Source: an uncultured Lentisphaeria bacterium (lineage in GTDB: Bacteria > Verrucomicrobiota > Lentisphaeria > Victivallales > UBA1829). Taken from it: DNA of 64,000 nucleotides. Shown here piece by piece: positions 18,068 to 27,694 of the stretch; within the stretch, counting starts at the first letter, position 1, and each line of letters opens with the position of its first letter. Below the pieces are notes generated by a model, which ran no database searches, was not told the origin of the DNA, and worked only from the letters and a program-made list of their open reading frames with translations. The stretch lies in assembly GCA_949287225.1 (NCBI GenBank), contig CASEFP010000110.1:17237-81236 (forward strand), written 5' to 3'. Made by a program: the position numbers and the translations under genes.

Positions 18068-20524
18068 TCAGAATCCGAGTTCCGGCTGGGAGATTCCCCA
18101 GTTTTCGTCCTCGCGTTCCTCATTGCCGGGACGCGGAGAAGGCGGGGGAGGCGGCGGACTCTGTTTTTTCTCCGTTTTATTCGGTGACGGCTTTTCCTCC
18201 GGCTCCACGGTCTGTTTTTCTTCCGTTTCCGGTTCGGGCGGAACTTCCGTCATCGGTTCGGATTCTTCCGGCGGAATACCGGGGAGATCTCCTTCGGAAT
18301 CCTCCTCCGTGCCGTCGAGATACTGGAGGAATGTGATTTTCTGGAGCTTGCGTGGGAAGAGAAGCATGCCGCCGGCGCGCGGCGAGCGCATCGGCGCGTC
18401 GGAAAGATTGATCGTCTGGACCTTCCGCGCCTTGATCGGTGTGTCGATCCGGCACTCATACAGGGCGTTCGGGCGCGGCGTGATGAGTTCCAGGCGACAC
18501 CCCTCCGGACAGATCCGGTACTCCTTGTCCTTGATGAACTTGTCGATGACGCAGCGTTTGTAATAGACCTTTCCGGTCTTCGTGTCGGAATAGACCACAC
18601 CGAAAACGGTCGTCTTGTCATACTTCCGGAATTCATAGAGACGGTCTATGAAAATCTTTTCCGGAATGTCGATGACCTTGTAGACCCCCTTGCGCTCCAC
18701 GCAGAGCAGATGGTCGAACTCGTTGCAGACCACCACGTCGTCGCTCTTGACGTTGGTGCCGATATAGCAGCCGCCCTTGTCCCAGCCGACGCGGATGTTG
18801 TTCAGCGCCACGGCGCTCTTGTCGATTTTCTCGAATCCGTCGAGCCGGATCTCGGTGCGCCGCGGGAAGTATTTTCCGTATTTGTCGATCAGCCCCTGCA
18901 GATACCGGATCGCATAGGCTTTGATCCGCTTCAGATTCTTTTCCGCCTCGTTCAGCGCTTTCTGAAGCAGTTCGATCTGTTCGCGGTTCTCATTGATCTC
19001 GAAGGCGGAAATGCGGCGGATCGGAATCGCGAGCAGTTTTTCTATTTCGCTGTCGGGAATTTCGCCGCGCGAAAGCTGTTCGAGCCGCTCCATGAACTCC
19101 GCGGACATCGGCATGACGTGCGGGCCGTTCACGATGTTCTCGTGGAGCTTCTCCACGATCGGAAGCCATTCGCTCCGGAACTTTTCAAGGCCGGTGCGGA
19201 CCTCCTTGAACATCAGCTCGTTCGTCCTGCACTTTTCGATCCGTTTGTAGATGCCTTCCTCAATAAAGATCTGCGCCAGCGTTCTTGCCAGAATCTTGTC
19301 CAGGCACTTGCCCGCCTCGATCTGAAGCTCGTACTTCAGATACAGCACCAGTTTGTCCGTGTTGCGGCGCAGGATGTCGCTGATCGTCATGCGAACCGGG
19401 CGGTTGTCCATGATGACCATCGGGTTGCACGAGACGCTCATCTGGCAGTAGGTGTAGGCGTAAAGGGCGTTCAGCGCCTTCTTCGGGTCGTAGCCGCGCA
19501 GCGGCGTGAGCTGAATGTCGATCTTTTCGGCGGTGTAGTCCTTGAACGAGGCGATCTTGATCTTGTTGCGGTTCACCGCCGCTTCGATCGTGTCCATCAG
19601 CTTGGTTGTATTCGTCGCCGCCGGGATCTCCCGCACGACAAGGATTCTTCCGTCGATTTCGATCTTCGCCCGGATCACCAGCTTCCCAAGTCCGTCCTCG
19701 TATTTGGAAACGTCCATGATGCCGCCCTGCGGAAAGTCCGGATAGAGCGTGAACGGTTCATCCTTGAGAATTGCGATCTGCGCCTGAAGGAGCTCATTGA
19801 AATTGTGCGGCATGATCCGTGTGTTCGTTCCGACGGCAATGCCGTCCGCGCCCATCAGGAGCACGGTCGGGATCTTCGAGGGAAGGCAGACCGGTTCCCG
19901 GTTGCGCCCGTCGTAGGAGTCGATGAACTCCGTGATGTCCTTGTTGAACAGCACATCGCGCGCAAGCGGTGTCAGGCGGCACTCGATGTAGCGCGGCGCG
20001 GCGGCGGGCGACCCCGTGATGATGTTGCCGAAGTTGCCCTGCTTTTCAATATAGGTTTCCTTGTTCGCGAGGTTGACAAGCGCATCCCCGATCGAAGCAT
20101 CGCCGTGCGGATGGTATTTCATCGTTTCGCCGATGATGTTGGCGACTTTGTGGAATGTGCCGTCGTCTTTTTCGAACAGAGCCCACAGAATGCGGCGCTG
20201 CACCGGTTTGAGCCCGTCGTCAATGTCGGGAATCGCGCGGTCCTTGATGACGTAGGAAGCGTATTCGATGAAATTCTGATCCATCATCGCGCGCAGACGC
20301 GAATTGGAACCGGTCTGGACGGAAGCGGATTCGACGTTTCCGGAATCCTCGTCCTCGTCGTCCTCCTGCGGGATTTCCGCACTCTCTGTTTCCGGTTCGA
20401 TGGTTTCGGGCGTCTCCGCCGGTTCCTCAACGGGAACGGAGACGGTGCTTTCCGTTTCAGGTGCAGTGCCTTTCCGTTTTTTCGCCCCGGTTTTCTTCGT
20501 ATCTTTTCTGCCTTTCTGCGCCAT
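18068..20524 (-). CDS. parC: type IIA topoisomerase subunit A (ParC-like, short C-terminal domain) with acidic N-terminal and Pro-rich C-terminal tails
   Basis: 818 aa. DGLKPVQRRILW, HPHGD, active-site region AAPRYIECRLT. Adjacent to and co-oriented with the B subunit. ParC versus GyrA is inferred from the short CTD and the parE-parC adjacency. Confidence 0.85.
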   Translation of the reverse strand: MAQKGRKDTKKTGAKKRKGTAPETESTVSVPVEEPAETPETIEPETESAEIPQEDDEDEDSGNVESASVQTGSNSRLRAMMDQNFIEYASYVIKDRAIPDIDDGLKPVQRRILWALFEKDDGTFHKVANIIGETMKYHPHGDASIGDALVNLANKETYIEKQGNFGNIITGSPAAAPRYIECRLTPLARDVLFNKDITEFIDSYDGRNREPVCLPSKIPTVLLMGADGIAVGTNTRIMPHNFNELLQAQIAILKDEPFTLYPDFPQGGIMDVSKYEDGLGKLVIRAKIEIDGRILVVREIPAATNTTKLMDTIEAAVNRNKIKIASFKDYTAEKIDIQLTPLRGYDPKKALNALYAYTYCQMSVSCNPMVIMDNRPVRMTISDILRRNTDKLVLYLKYELQIEAGKCLDKILARTLAQIFIEEGIYKRIEKCRTNELMFKEVRTGLEKFRSEWLPIVEKLHENIVNGPHVMPMSAEFMERLEQLSRGEIPDSEIEKLLAIPIRRISAFEINENREQIELLQKALNEAEKNLKRIKAYAIRYLQGLIDKYGKYFPRRTEIRLDGFEKIDKSAVALNNIRVGWDKGGCYIGTNVKSDDVVVCNEFDHLLCVERKGVYKVIDIPEKIFIDRLYEFRKYDKTTVFGVVYSDTKTGKVYYKRCVIDKFIKDKEYRICPEGCRLELITPRPNALYECRIDTPIKARKVQTINLSDAPMRSPRAGGMLLFPRKLQKITFLQYLDGTEEDSEGDLPGIPPEESEPMTEVPPEPETEEKQTVEPEEKPSPNKTEKKQSPPPPPPSPRPGNEEREDENWGISQPELGF

Positions 20525-20529
20525 GATGA

Positions 20530-22371
20530 TTACACCAGATTGTTGACGATGTGGTCCCAGCGTTCGGGACTGTTGTCGCCCATGTAGAATTTCAGCATCT
20601 CATTGATGCCTTTGGAATGTTCGATCGTGACCTTTTCGAGTTTGATGTCGTCCCCGATGAACTGCCCGAACTCCTTGGGAGAGATCTCCCCGAGTCCTTT
20701 GAAACGGGTGATTTCCGCGCCTTTCCCCAGCTTTTTCGCCGTCGCGTCGCGCTCCTCCTCCGAATAGCAGTAGTGGGTCTCCTTCTTGTTCCGGACGCGG
20801 AAAAGCGGCGTTTCCAGAATATACAGATGCCCGGAGAGAACCAGCGGCTCGAAGAAGGTCAGAAAGAACGTGATCAGGAGATTCCGGATGTGAAGGCCGT
20901 CCACGTCGGCGTCCGTCGCGATGATGACTTTGGCGTAGCGCAGATTGTCCACATCCTCCTCGATGTCGAGCGTGTGAACGATATAGAAAAATTCCTCGTT
21001 CGTGTAGACCGTGTCGAGCTTCAGCCCGTAGCAGTTCAGCGGCTTGCCGCGCAGCGCGAACACCGCCTGGTACATCGGGTTGCGGCTCTGCTCCAGCGAA
21101 CCGCCAGCCGAATCGCCCTCGGTCAGGAAGATCATCGTCTGGTCGGCGTATTTGGAGCGGTCGCCGAAGTGGTGCTTGCAGTCCTTGAGCTTGTTGTTGC
21201 GCAGGCTCATGCGCTTGGACATTTCGCGCCCCTTCTTCTGGACCGCCGAAATCTCCTTGCGCAGCTCCTCATTGCGCTTGACCTTCTCCAGCAGGAGATT
21301 GGCATCGTCGGTGTGCCGGTGCAGATAATCCACGACCGCCTGTTTGACGGTGCCGACGATCCATCCCTTGATGTCCGTATTGCCGAGCTTGTTTTTCGTC
21401 TGCGACTCGAACATCGGGTCCTGGAGCTTGATTGCGATGGATCCTACGATGCCGTCGCGCAGGTCGCGCCCGTCGTAGTCCTTGCCGGAATATTCATTGA
21501 CCGCCCGGAGGACTCCCTCCTTGAACGCGGAAAGATGAGTCCCCCCGTCCGAAGTGAACTGACCGTTCACAAAGGAGTAGTATTTTTCGCCGAAGTCATT
21601 GGTGTGGCAGAGCGAAAACTCCAGCGTCTTGTCCTTGTAGTGGATGATCGGATACAGACTCTCGCCGCCGACCTCATTGTTTACAAGATCCATCAGCCCG
21701 TTTCTGGAGTAGTAGCGCTGATTGTTGAAATAGAGCGAAAGCCCGCTGTTGAGAAACGCATACATCCAGAGCCGCCGTTCGACATACTCCAGCTTGAAGG
21801 CGTATTTCGGGAAGAGTCTGCCGTCCGGGACGAATTTGACGAAGGTGCCGTTGCGCTCCTCCGTAGCGCCGTCCTCCTCATTGACCAGCTTTCCCTCGAC
21901 AAAGTCCGCGCGTTTGTATTTGCCGTCGCGGTAGGAGATCGCCGTAAAGGACGCCGAGAGCGCATTGACCGCCTTGGTGCCGACGCCGTTGAGCCCGACG
22001 GAGAACTGAAATACATCGGTATTGTATTTGGCTCCCGTATTGATCTGGGAGACGCACGCCACCAGTTTTCCGAGCGGAATGCCGCGCCCGTAGTCGCGGA
22101 CGGAAATCTCATTGCCTTCGATCGCGATGTCGATGCGCCGACCGTTCCCCATGATGTATTCGTCGACGCTGTTGTCAATGACCTCCTTCAGCAGCACGTA
22201 GATGCCGTCGTCCGGATGGGAGCCGTCCCCCATGCGCCCGACGTACATACCGGGACGCAGGCGGATGTGTTCCAGCGAATCAAGGGTTTTGACCTTGCTC
22301 TCGTCGTAAGCGCCCGCGGCGGAGTTCGGAAGATTGTCTGTATCGTCTCTCAGTTCCTGCATAGAAATCAT
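20530..22371 (-). CDS. parE: type IIA topoisomerase subunit B (ParE-like)
   Basis: 613 aa. GHKL ATPase region (LKEVIDNSVDE, GRGIP, GLNGVG), TOPRIM LTEGDSAGGS, ALRGKPLN, IATDADVDG. Confidence 0.9.
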   Translation of the reverse strand: MISMQELRDDTDNLPNSAAGAYDESKVKTLDSLEHIRLRPGMYVGRMGDGSHPDDGIYVLLKEVIDNSVDEYIMGNGRRIDIAIEGNEISVRDYGRGIPLGKLVACVSQINTGAKYNTDVFQFSVGLNGVGTKAVNALSASFTAISYRDGKYKRADFVEGKLVNEEDGATEERNGTFVKFVPDGRLFPKYAFKLEYVERRLWMYAFLNSGLSLYFNNQRYYSRNGLMDLVNNEVGGESLYPIIHYKDKTLEFSLCHTNDFGEKYYSFVNGQFTSDGGTHLSAFKEGVLRAVNEYSGKDYDGRDLRDGIVGSIAIKLQDPMFESQTKNKLGNTDIKGWIVGTVKQAVVDYLHRHTDDANLLLEKVKRNEELRKEISAVQKKGREMSKRMSLRNNKLKDCKHHFGDRSKYADQTMIFLTEGDSAGGSLEQSRNPMYQAVFALRGKPLNCYGLKLDTVYTNEEFFYIVHTLDIEEDVDNLRYAKVIIATDADVDGLHIRNLLITFFLTFFEPLVLSGHLYILETPLFRVRNKKETHYCYSEEERDATAKKLGKGAEITRFKGLGEISPKEFGQFIGDDIKLEKVTIEHSKGINEMLKFYMGDNSPERWDHIVNNLV

Positions 22372-22396
22372 TCTGTCCCGGTCTGTTCAAGCGGGT

Positions 22397-22425
22397 AATA
22401 TAGCATATTTCCCTGTTTTTTGCAA
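22397..22425 (-). promoter_or_regulatory. sigma70-like promoter with extended -10 for parE-parC
   Basis: On the minus strand: TTGCAA (22425-22420), 17-nt spacer, TGC-TATATT (-10 at 22402-22397), about 25 nt upstream of the parE ATG. Confidence 0.55.
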
Positions 22426-22446
22426 ATCGAAGCCCGAAGGAGTGCG

Positions 22447-23628
22447 TTACAGGATCACTTCGATTTTCTTCCGCATTTCCATCACTTTGGAGAGCGCCTC
22501 GTCCGTATCTTTCCCGCGCGCGAGAAGCACGCCGAGACGGCGGTGCCCGTTGAGTTCGCCCTTGCCGAACAGCCGGATGGCGGTATCGGGGATCGCGAGC
22601 GCGGCGTCGACGTTCCGGAACGCGACGGACTTCGACACGCCGTCGGCGACAATCGCCTTGGAAGCGCTCGGGCCGTGGAACGCGATGTTCGGAATCGGGA
22701 GTCCGAGAACCGCTCTTGCGTGAAGCGCGAATTCGGAGAGATCCTGCGAGATCAGCGTCACCATCCCGGTGTCGTGCGGGCGCGGACTTACTTCGCTGAA
22801 AATCACACGGTCGCCTTTGACAAACATTTCAACACCGAAAATGCCGCGTCCGCCGAGCGCGTCGGTGATTTTCTTCGCGATTTCGCGCGCGGCATCCTTC
22901 GCCGCCGGGCTCATCGCCTGCGGCTGCCAGGACTCCTGATAGTCGCCGTTGACCTGATGGTGGCCGATCGGTTCCAGGAAACTCGTGCCTCCGACATGGC
23001 GCACGGTCAGAAGCGTGATCTCGTAATCAAAATCAACAAAGCCCTCGACGATCACTTTTCCGGCGCCCGCGCGTCCGCCCTCCTGCGCAATGCGCCAGGA
23101 TTCGTCGATGTCCGCCTCCTTCCGGATCACGCTCTGTCCGTGTCCGGAGGAGCTCATGATCGGCTTGACGACGCAGGGGATGCCGATCTCCTTCACCGCG
23201 GCGCGGAACTCGCTGTAATCCGCCGCGAACCGGTAGTTGGAGGTCGGAAGCCCGAGCTCCTCGGCGGCGAGACGGCGGATGCCTTCGCGGTTCATCGTCA
23301 GAAAGGCGGCATTGGCGGTCGGAATCACATGAAAACCTTCTTTTTCCAGTTTCAGGAGTTCGGGCGTGGCAATCGCCTCCACTTCCGGCACGATATAGTC
23401 TGGTTTTTCGAGTTCGATCACGCGCCGCAGCTCGGCGGGATCCAGCATGTTGATGACATGGCTGCGGTGCGCCACCTGCATGCCGGGCGCATTCGCATAG
23501 CGGTCCACGGCGATCACCTCCGCGCCGAGGCGCTGCATTTCAATCACGACCTCTTTGCCGAGTTCACCCGCACCGAGAAACAATACTTTTGTCGCCGAAG
23601 GAGTCAATGCCGTTCCGATTTCCATCAT
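22447..23628 (-). CDS. purT: formate-dependent phosphoribosylglycinamide formyltransferase
   Basis: 393 aa. [15 protein letters not shown]-terminus, ATP-grasp core ([16 protein letters not shown]), C-terminal ...[10 protein letters not shown]. Matches PurT architecture. Confidence 0.9.
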   Translation of the reverse strand: MMEIGTALTPSATKVLFLGAGELGKEVVIEMQRLGAEVIAVDRYANAPGMQVAHRSHVINMLDPAELRRVIELEKPDYIVPEVEAIATPELLKLEKEGFHVIPTANAAFLTMNREGIRRLAAEELGLPTSNYRFAADYSEFRAAVKEIGIPCVVKPIMSSSGHGQSVIRKEADIDESWRIAQEGGRAGAGKVIVEGFVDFDYEITLLTVRHVGGTSFLEPIGHHQVNGDYQESWQPQAMSPAAKDAAREIAKKITDALGGRGIFGVEMFVKGDRVIFSEVSPRPHDTGMVTLISQDLSEFALHARAVLGLPIPNIAFHGPSASKAIVADGVSKSVAFRNVDAALAIPDTAIRLFGKGELNGHRRLGVLLARGKDTDEALSKVMEMRKKIEVIL

Positions 23629-23675
23629 TTTTCTTTTCCTTAACTCTGTCAGGGTTGTCTGAAATATTTTCGATG

Positions 23676-23718
23676 GAAAAAATAGCGTGGAAACGATTTT
23701 TTTTCAAATCGTTTCCAC
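23676..23718 (-). terminator. intrinsic terminator after the FabK/NMO-like gene
   Basis: Perfect 13-bp stem GTGGAAACGATTT/AAATCGTTTCCAC (23687-23718). On the minus strand it is followed by GCTATTTTTT. Confidence 0.7.
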
Positions 23719-23754
23719 AAAAAATATCTCCCCGGGAAAAAGAAATCCGGAGCG

Positions 23755-24807
23755 TCAGGAGAGCTTGGCCTTCACCTGATCCAGTTCGGCGGAGGCGTCG
23801 GAAAGCAGTTCGTCGATCAGCGTCCGGACGGGGACGATTCTGTCCATGAGCCCGACGGACTGGCCCGCCATCAGCGAACCGGTCTCGATGTCGCCCTCGA
23901 CGACCGCGCGGCGCAATGCGCCCATCCAGAATTTCTCCACTTCCATCTGCGCCTCCTGGCGGTGGATGGTGCCCTCTTCGAGTTTGCGGATCAGATCCAG
24001 CTGGAGTTTTGCGAAGGTGTCGTGCCCCTTGTTCTTGAGGGCGCGGACCGCCACAACCGGAAGGCGGGAGTCGAACTGCGGTGTGGCGATGGCGTCGCGC
24101 GCATTGGCATGCAGGAACGCATCCTTGAACTTCGCGTGCGCGGAGCACTCCTCGGTCATCACAAAGCGTGTGCCGATCTGGACGCCGGCAGCGCCCATCA
24201 GCAGGGCATGCGCCATCATTTTCCCCGTCGCGATGCCGCCCGCGACGAACACGGGAATCTGTTCCCCGAATTTGAACAGAAGCTGCTGGATCAGAACCAT
24301 TGCCGAAACGTGACCGATATGACCGCCGGCCTCGCTGCCTTCAAGCATGATCGCGTCCGCGCCGAAGCGGATCATACGTTCGGCGATGGAGAGCGTCGAA
24401 GCGAAACAGATCGTTTTCTTGCCCGCGTCGCGTGCAATCGCAACTTCCTTTTCCTTCGGAATGGAACCCGCGAAAAAGACGTAGTCGACAGGCATGTCGG
24501 GCAGCGCCGCGAGCTGTTCCTGATACGCCGGCGCGACGGTCACAAGATTGACCGCGAAAGGTTTGTCCGTGAGGGTTCTCGTTTCCTCCACCTGCGCGCG
24601 GAGCACGCCGACCGGCGCATTGCCGCCCGCGATGCAGGCGAAACAGCCGTTGTTGCAGACCATGGAAACAAGTTTCGGATCGGAAACCCAGGTCATGGCG
24701 CCGCAGATGATCGGATATTTCACATTCAGAAACTCACTGCCGCGCTTCATCATCTTCCGGAGATTGGCATTTACGCTGCCGTCGTGGTCGATTGTCGTGA
24801 TGGACAT
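23755..24807 (-). CDS. NAD(P)H-dependent flavin oxidoreductase (nitronate monooxygenase / FabK-like enoyl-ACP reductase family)
   Basis: 350 aa. PIICGAMTWVSD, EAGGHIG, VFVAGGIATG, typical of the FMN-binding NMO/FabK TIM barrel. The specific substrate is not inferable. Confidence 0.8.
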   Translation of the reverse strand: MSITTIDHDGSVNANLRKMMKRGSEFLNVKYPIICGAMTWVSDPKLVSMVCNNGCFACIAGGNAPVGVLRAQVEETRTLTDKPFAVNLVTVAPAYQEQLAALPDMPVDYVFFAGSIPKEKEVAIARDAGKKTICFASTLSIAERMIRFGADAIMLEGSEAGGHIGHVSAMVLIQQLLFKFGEQIPVFVAGGIATGKMMAHALLMGAAGVQIGTRFVMTEECSAHAKFKDAFLHANARDAIATPQFDSRLPVVAVRALKNKGHDTFAKLQLDLIRKLEEGTIHRQEAQMEVEKFWMGALRRAVVEGDIETGSLMAGQSVGLMDRIVPVRTLIDELLSDASAELDQVKAKLS

Positions 24808-24843
24808 GTCATAACTCCCTGTTTGTTAAAGCATAAAAGGCAT

Positions 24844-24872
24844 ACTATACCACGCGGAAGGCGTTTTTACAA
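24844..24872 (-). promoter_or_regulatory. sigma70-like promoter with extended -10 for the FabK/NMO-like gene
   Basis: On the minus strand: TTGTAA (24872-24867), 17-nt spacer, TGG-TATAGT (-10 at 24849-24844). Confidence 0.5.
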
Positions 24873-24895
24873 GTTTTTCACCGGAAAATGTGCCT

Positions 24896-25495
24896 TCAGC
24901 GGCAGATCAGCGCGCCCGCAATGGCGGAAAGAACGATCAGGAGCGTCATGGAAAGTCTGGTCCTGCTGATCAGAACCACCGTCACGGCACAGATCAGAAA
25001 CGCCGGAAACGAAAAAGCGAATCCCGCCGGAAAATCCGGGGCGTGGAGTGTGATCAGGTTCCAGAGACTCCGGAACGGAATCGCCTGCGTGAAAACGGAC
25101 ATCCCGAGGAAGATCACGACCGCGTAGAAGAGCATGGCGAGCGCCGCGGAACGCACTCCTTTCAGAATGCCTTTGACCAGCAGTTTCTCCTTCCATTTGT
25201 TGATGTAATAGACTGCCAGCGAACCGATGAGGATGGAAGGCATGACCAGTCCGATGCTGGCGATAATTGCACCCCAGAATCCGCCCTGCGTGAAGCCGAC
25301 ATAGGTTGCCGAGTTGATGCCGATCGGTCCCGGCGTCACCTGGGCGATGGAAACCAGATTGCCGAATGCGTCGGTGGTGATGATTCCGCGCCGCTCGACG
25401 AATTCCGCGATCAGAAGCGGAACCAGGACATAGCCGCCGCCGAAACTGACCAGGCCGAATTTGAAGAAGGTCCAGAACAATGTGAAGAGATTCAT
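24896..25495 (-). CDS. chrA: chromate transporter family protein (short-chain CHR, second half)
   Basis: 199 aa, polytopic. FGGGYVLVPLL motif. Its start overlaps the stop of the upstream half by 4 nt. Confidence 0.85.
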   Translation of the reverse strand: MNLFTLFWTFFKFGLVSFGGGYVLVPLLIAEFVERRGIITTDAFGNLVSIAQVTPGPIGINSATYVGFTQGGFWGAIIASIGLVMPSILIGSLAVYYINKWKEKLLVKGILKGVRSAALAMLFYAVVIFLGMSVFTQAIPFRSLWNLITLHAPDFPAGFAFSFPAFLICAVTVVLISRTRLSMTLLIVLSAIAGALICR

Positions 25496-26088
25496 TTTGG
25501 CACCTCCTCATTGCAGCGTTTGATCCGCCAGGTGCAGTAGAGGGTATAAAGAATTCCCAGCGGCATGGAAAGCACGATGATATAGACGGGATTGAGTTTG
25601 AAAAGCGCGAGGATCAGGAAGGCCGCCACACAGATGATTTCAAACCAGCCCTGGATGGTTTTTTTCGCAAGGCGCACCGCGGTCACGATGATAAGTCCGG
25701 TGATGCAGGCGCGCACGCCGACGAATGCTCCGAGCAGACAGGGATTTTCCGGTTTCAGGTGCGGGAAAAATGCCGCAATGATGATAATGACTGTGACGGA
25801 GGGGAGACAGACCCCGAAAACCGCCGCCAGAACGCCGCCGATTCCGGCGATTTTCATGCCGACATAGATGGCCGAGTTGGCGGCGATGATGCCGGGGATG
25901 GTCTGGACGAGAGCCATCATATCGAGGAGTTCCTCGCTGGAGATCAGTTTATTTTTCCGGCTGAAGGTTTCCTCCACGACCGGCAGGATTGCGTAGCCGC
26001 CGCCGACGACGAGTGCGGCAATTTTGGCGAACGTATAAAACAGCAGCCACAATTTCTTCCAATAGCTGATGGATTCTTCGGATTCCAT
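25492..26088 (-). CDS. chrA: chromate transporter family protein (short-chain CHR, first half)
   Basis: 198 aa, polytopic. VGGGYAILPVV motif. Paired with the downstream half, as in known two-gene SCHR systems. Confidence 0.85.
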   Translation of the reverse strand: MESEESISYWKKLWLLFYTFAKIAALVVGGGYAILPVVEETFSRKNKLISSEELLDMMALVQTIPGIIAANSAIYVGMKIAGIGGVLAAVFGVCLPSVTVIIIIAAFFPHLKPENPCLLGAFVGVRACITGLIIVTAVRLAKKTIQGWFEIICVAAFLILALFKLNPVYIIVLSMPLGILYTLYCTWRIKRCNEEVPK

Positions 26089-26337
26089 GATTTCCCCTCC
26101 ATTTGATGGATCTGTAATTTAACTGTGAAGGTTTTCTTTTTCAAACGACGGGAGTTTGGATTTTGGGAAAAGATGGGAGATTGGTAAACATCAAAGGATA
26201 AAATTTATCATAAAAAAAGACGGCAAACTTGTTTGCCGGGTGCAGGTGTCTCACACCTGCCGCGGAGTGTGAGGGCGCGGAGCCCTCACGTTCTTAAAAG
26301 TTTTTCATTTGCGCACACAGTTGCGCAAATGAAATTT

Positions 26338-26406
26338 TTATTTCGCGCGTTGCACGACCAGCTTACGCAGCTGGACCGCACCAGGACTGAGAGGAGAGCA
26401 CAAAAC
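26338..26406 (+). repeat. conserved intergenic element, copy 1 (+)
   Basis: TTTTTATTTCGCGCGTTGCACGACCAGCTTACGCAGCTGGACCGCACCAGGACTGAGAGGAGAGCACAAAAC. Core hairpin CCAGCT-TACGC-AGCTGG at 26358-26374. The 3' side runs into the stop codon of the 26426..27505 gene. Confidence 0.9.
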
Positions 26407-26425
26407 ATAATTTGCAACGCCGATT

Positions 26426-27505
26426 TTATTTCCCGCAATATTTCCGGAAGACCTCGTAATATCCGGGCTTGATCATGTCCATCCCGTTGCAGACGGAGAG
26501 GCTATCTCCGCCCGCAGAAAGTATCGTCCTGAGCTCCTCCTCCAGAAGCGCGGGAGACTTTGCGGCGAGACTCGTTCCCGGAAGCGCTTTGAGCCCGACA
26601 AAGGGAATCCCTTTGACACCCTTGTGGTATTTTTCCGCGTCGTTCACGACAATCCTCGTATAGCGGATGATTTTTTCCTTGTCCCAGGGAAAATACCACG
26701 CGACCGTCTGGGCGCAGTAATCGGTTTTCGTACGGTTCCCATAAAGCGGTTCGGGCAGGAATGTCGGATAGATGTGCGCATGCACAACGGCTCCGGGATG
26801 TTTTTTCTTCACATAGCCGATCACCTTATTGTAATAATCCACAAGCGCGTCACGGAAAAATTCTTCGCGGGAAAGTGACGGATTTTTCCGCTTCGCAGAT
26901 TCAAACTTCCGCGTGCAGCTTTCACAGCGGCAGTCCTTGAAATTGGTGTATCCGAGATAGTCCAGATAGATTCCGCGCGCACTCGGCACCTTTGCAAACA
27001 GATCATCTATTTTCTTCCGGGAGAGAACAAGTCCTTCATCACTCAGGAAACAGGCAATCCGGAAGCTGTTGAGGACATCCGGCGCTGTCACAGGTTCGCC
27101 GCCGTAACGGTGACATTTTGCCGTGCGCCGCGCATCAACCACTTTTTCCCGTTCCTTCCGGGGCAGCGTTTTCAGATCGTCTCCGTTGAGATAGGCGAAA
27201 AGTTTCTCCTCTTCCGGCGTCATCACCTGACCGTGCGGTCCGCACGGCAGAAAAACCGAGCAGCAGGGAATCATCCCGTATTGCAGGGCGAGACGGGCCT
27301 CTTTTTCATTCGTCGCTGCAATATGGGTGACACCGATTTCACGGAATTTCCTCGCCGTCTCCCCGCTTGTCGGCCGTCCCCAGGAGAAAACCTCCTTGAA
27401 TTTCCTTTTTTCTCCCGCTTCATCCTGTCCCCCGGAAAACGGAGCACAGGAATTCAGGAACAGACAGAAAAACATGCCCGCAAAAAATAGTTTTTTCAGT
27501 TTCAT
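26426..27505 (-). CDS. hypothetical lipoprotein (possible glycoside-hydrolase-like TIM barrel; Cys-rich CRCESC motif)
   Basis: Start at the internal ATG 27505 (RBS AGGAAGTGGAA). Signal peptide and lipobox MKLKKLFFAGMFFCLFLNSC. No confident family. The gene is bracketed by copies of the intergenic element. Confidence 0.7.
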   Translation of the reverse strand: MKLKKLFFAGMFFCLFLNSCAPFSGGQDEAGEKRKFKEVFSWGRPTSGETARKFREIGVTHIAATNEKEARLALQYGMIPCCSVFLPCGPHGQVMTPEEEKLFAYLNGDDLKTLPRKEREKVVDARRTAKCHRYGGEPVTAPDVLNSFRIACFLSDEGLVLSRKKIDDLFAKVPSARGIYLDYLGYTNFKDCRCESCTRKFESAKRKNPSLSREEFFRDALVDYYNKVIGYVKKKHPGAVVHAHIYPTFLPEPLYGNRTKTDYCAQTVAWYFPWDKEKIIRYTRIVVNDAEKYHKGVKGIPFVGLKALPGTSLAAKSPALLEEELRTILSAGGDSLSVCNGMDMIKPGYYEVFRKYCGK

Positions 27506-27543
27506 TTCCACTTCCTGTTCTGAATGATTATGAGAATGAACTG

Positions 27544-27694
27544 TCCCGGCACAGAGCACGCGCCCGTATCGGGGATTTCGCCTCCGGCGATCAGCTTGCG
27601 CAGCTGGACCGCACCTGGACTGAAAAAAAGAGCACGAATCATAATTTGCGTTGCAAATTATTTTTTAATTGCGCAGCTTCGCGCGCTTTTTTTT
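27544..27694 (+). repeat. conserved intergenic element, copy 2 (+), with two trailing hairpin/T-tract modules
   Basis: TCCCGGCACAGAGCACGCGCCCGTATCGGGGATTTCGCCTCCGGCGATCAGCTTGCGCAGCTGGACCGCACCTGGACTGAAAAAAAGAGCACGAATC. This is followed by hairpin ATAATTTGC-GTT-GCAAATTAT plus T5 (27641-27666), then a GCGC...GCGC hairpin plus T8 (27671-27694). Confidence 0.9.

Noticed and set aside
18710-22398. 625-aa and 615-aa plus-strand ORFs
   Set aside because: They are antisense to parC and parE, whose translations carry unambiguous topoisomerase motifs. The plus-strand products are repetitive R/D/V/F-rich sequences.
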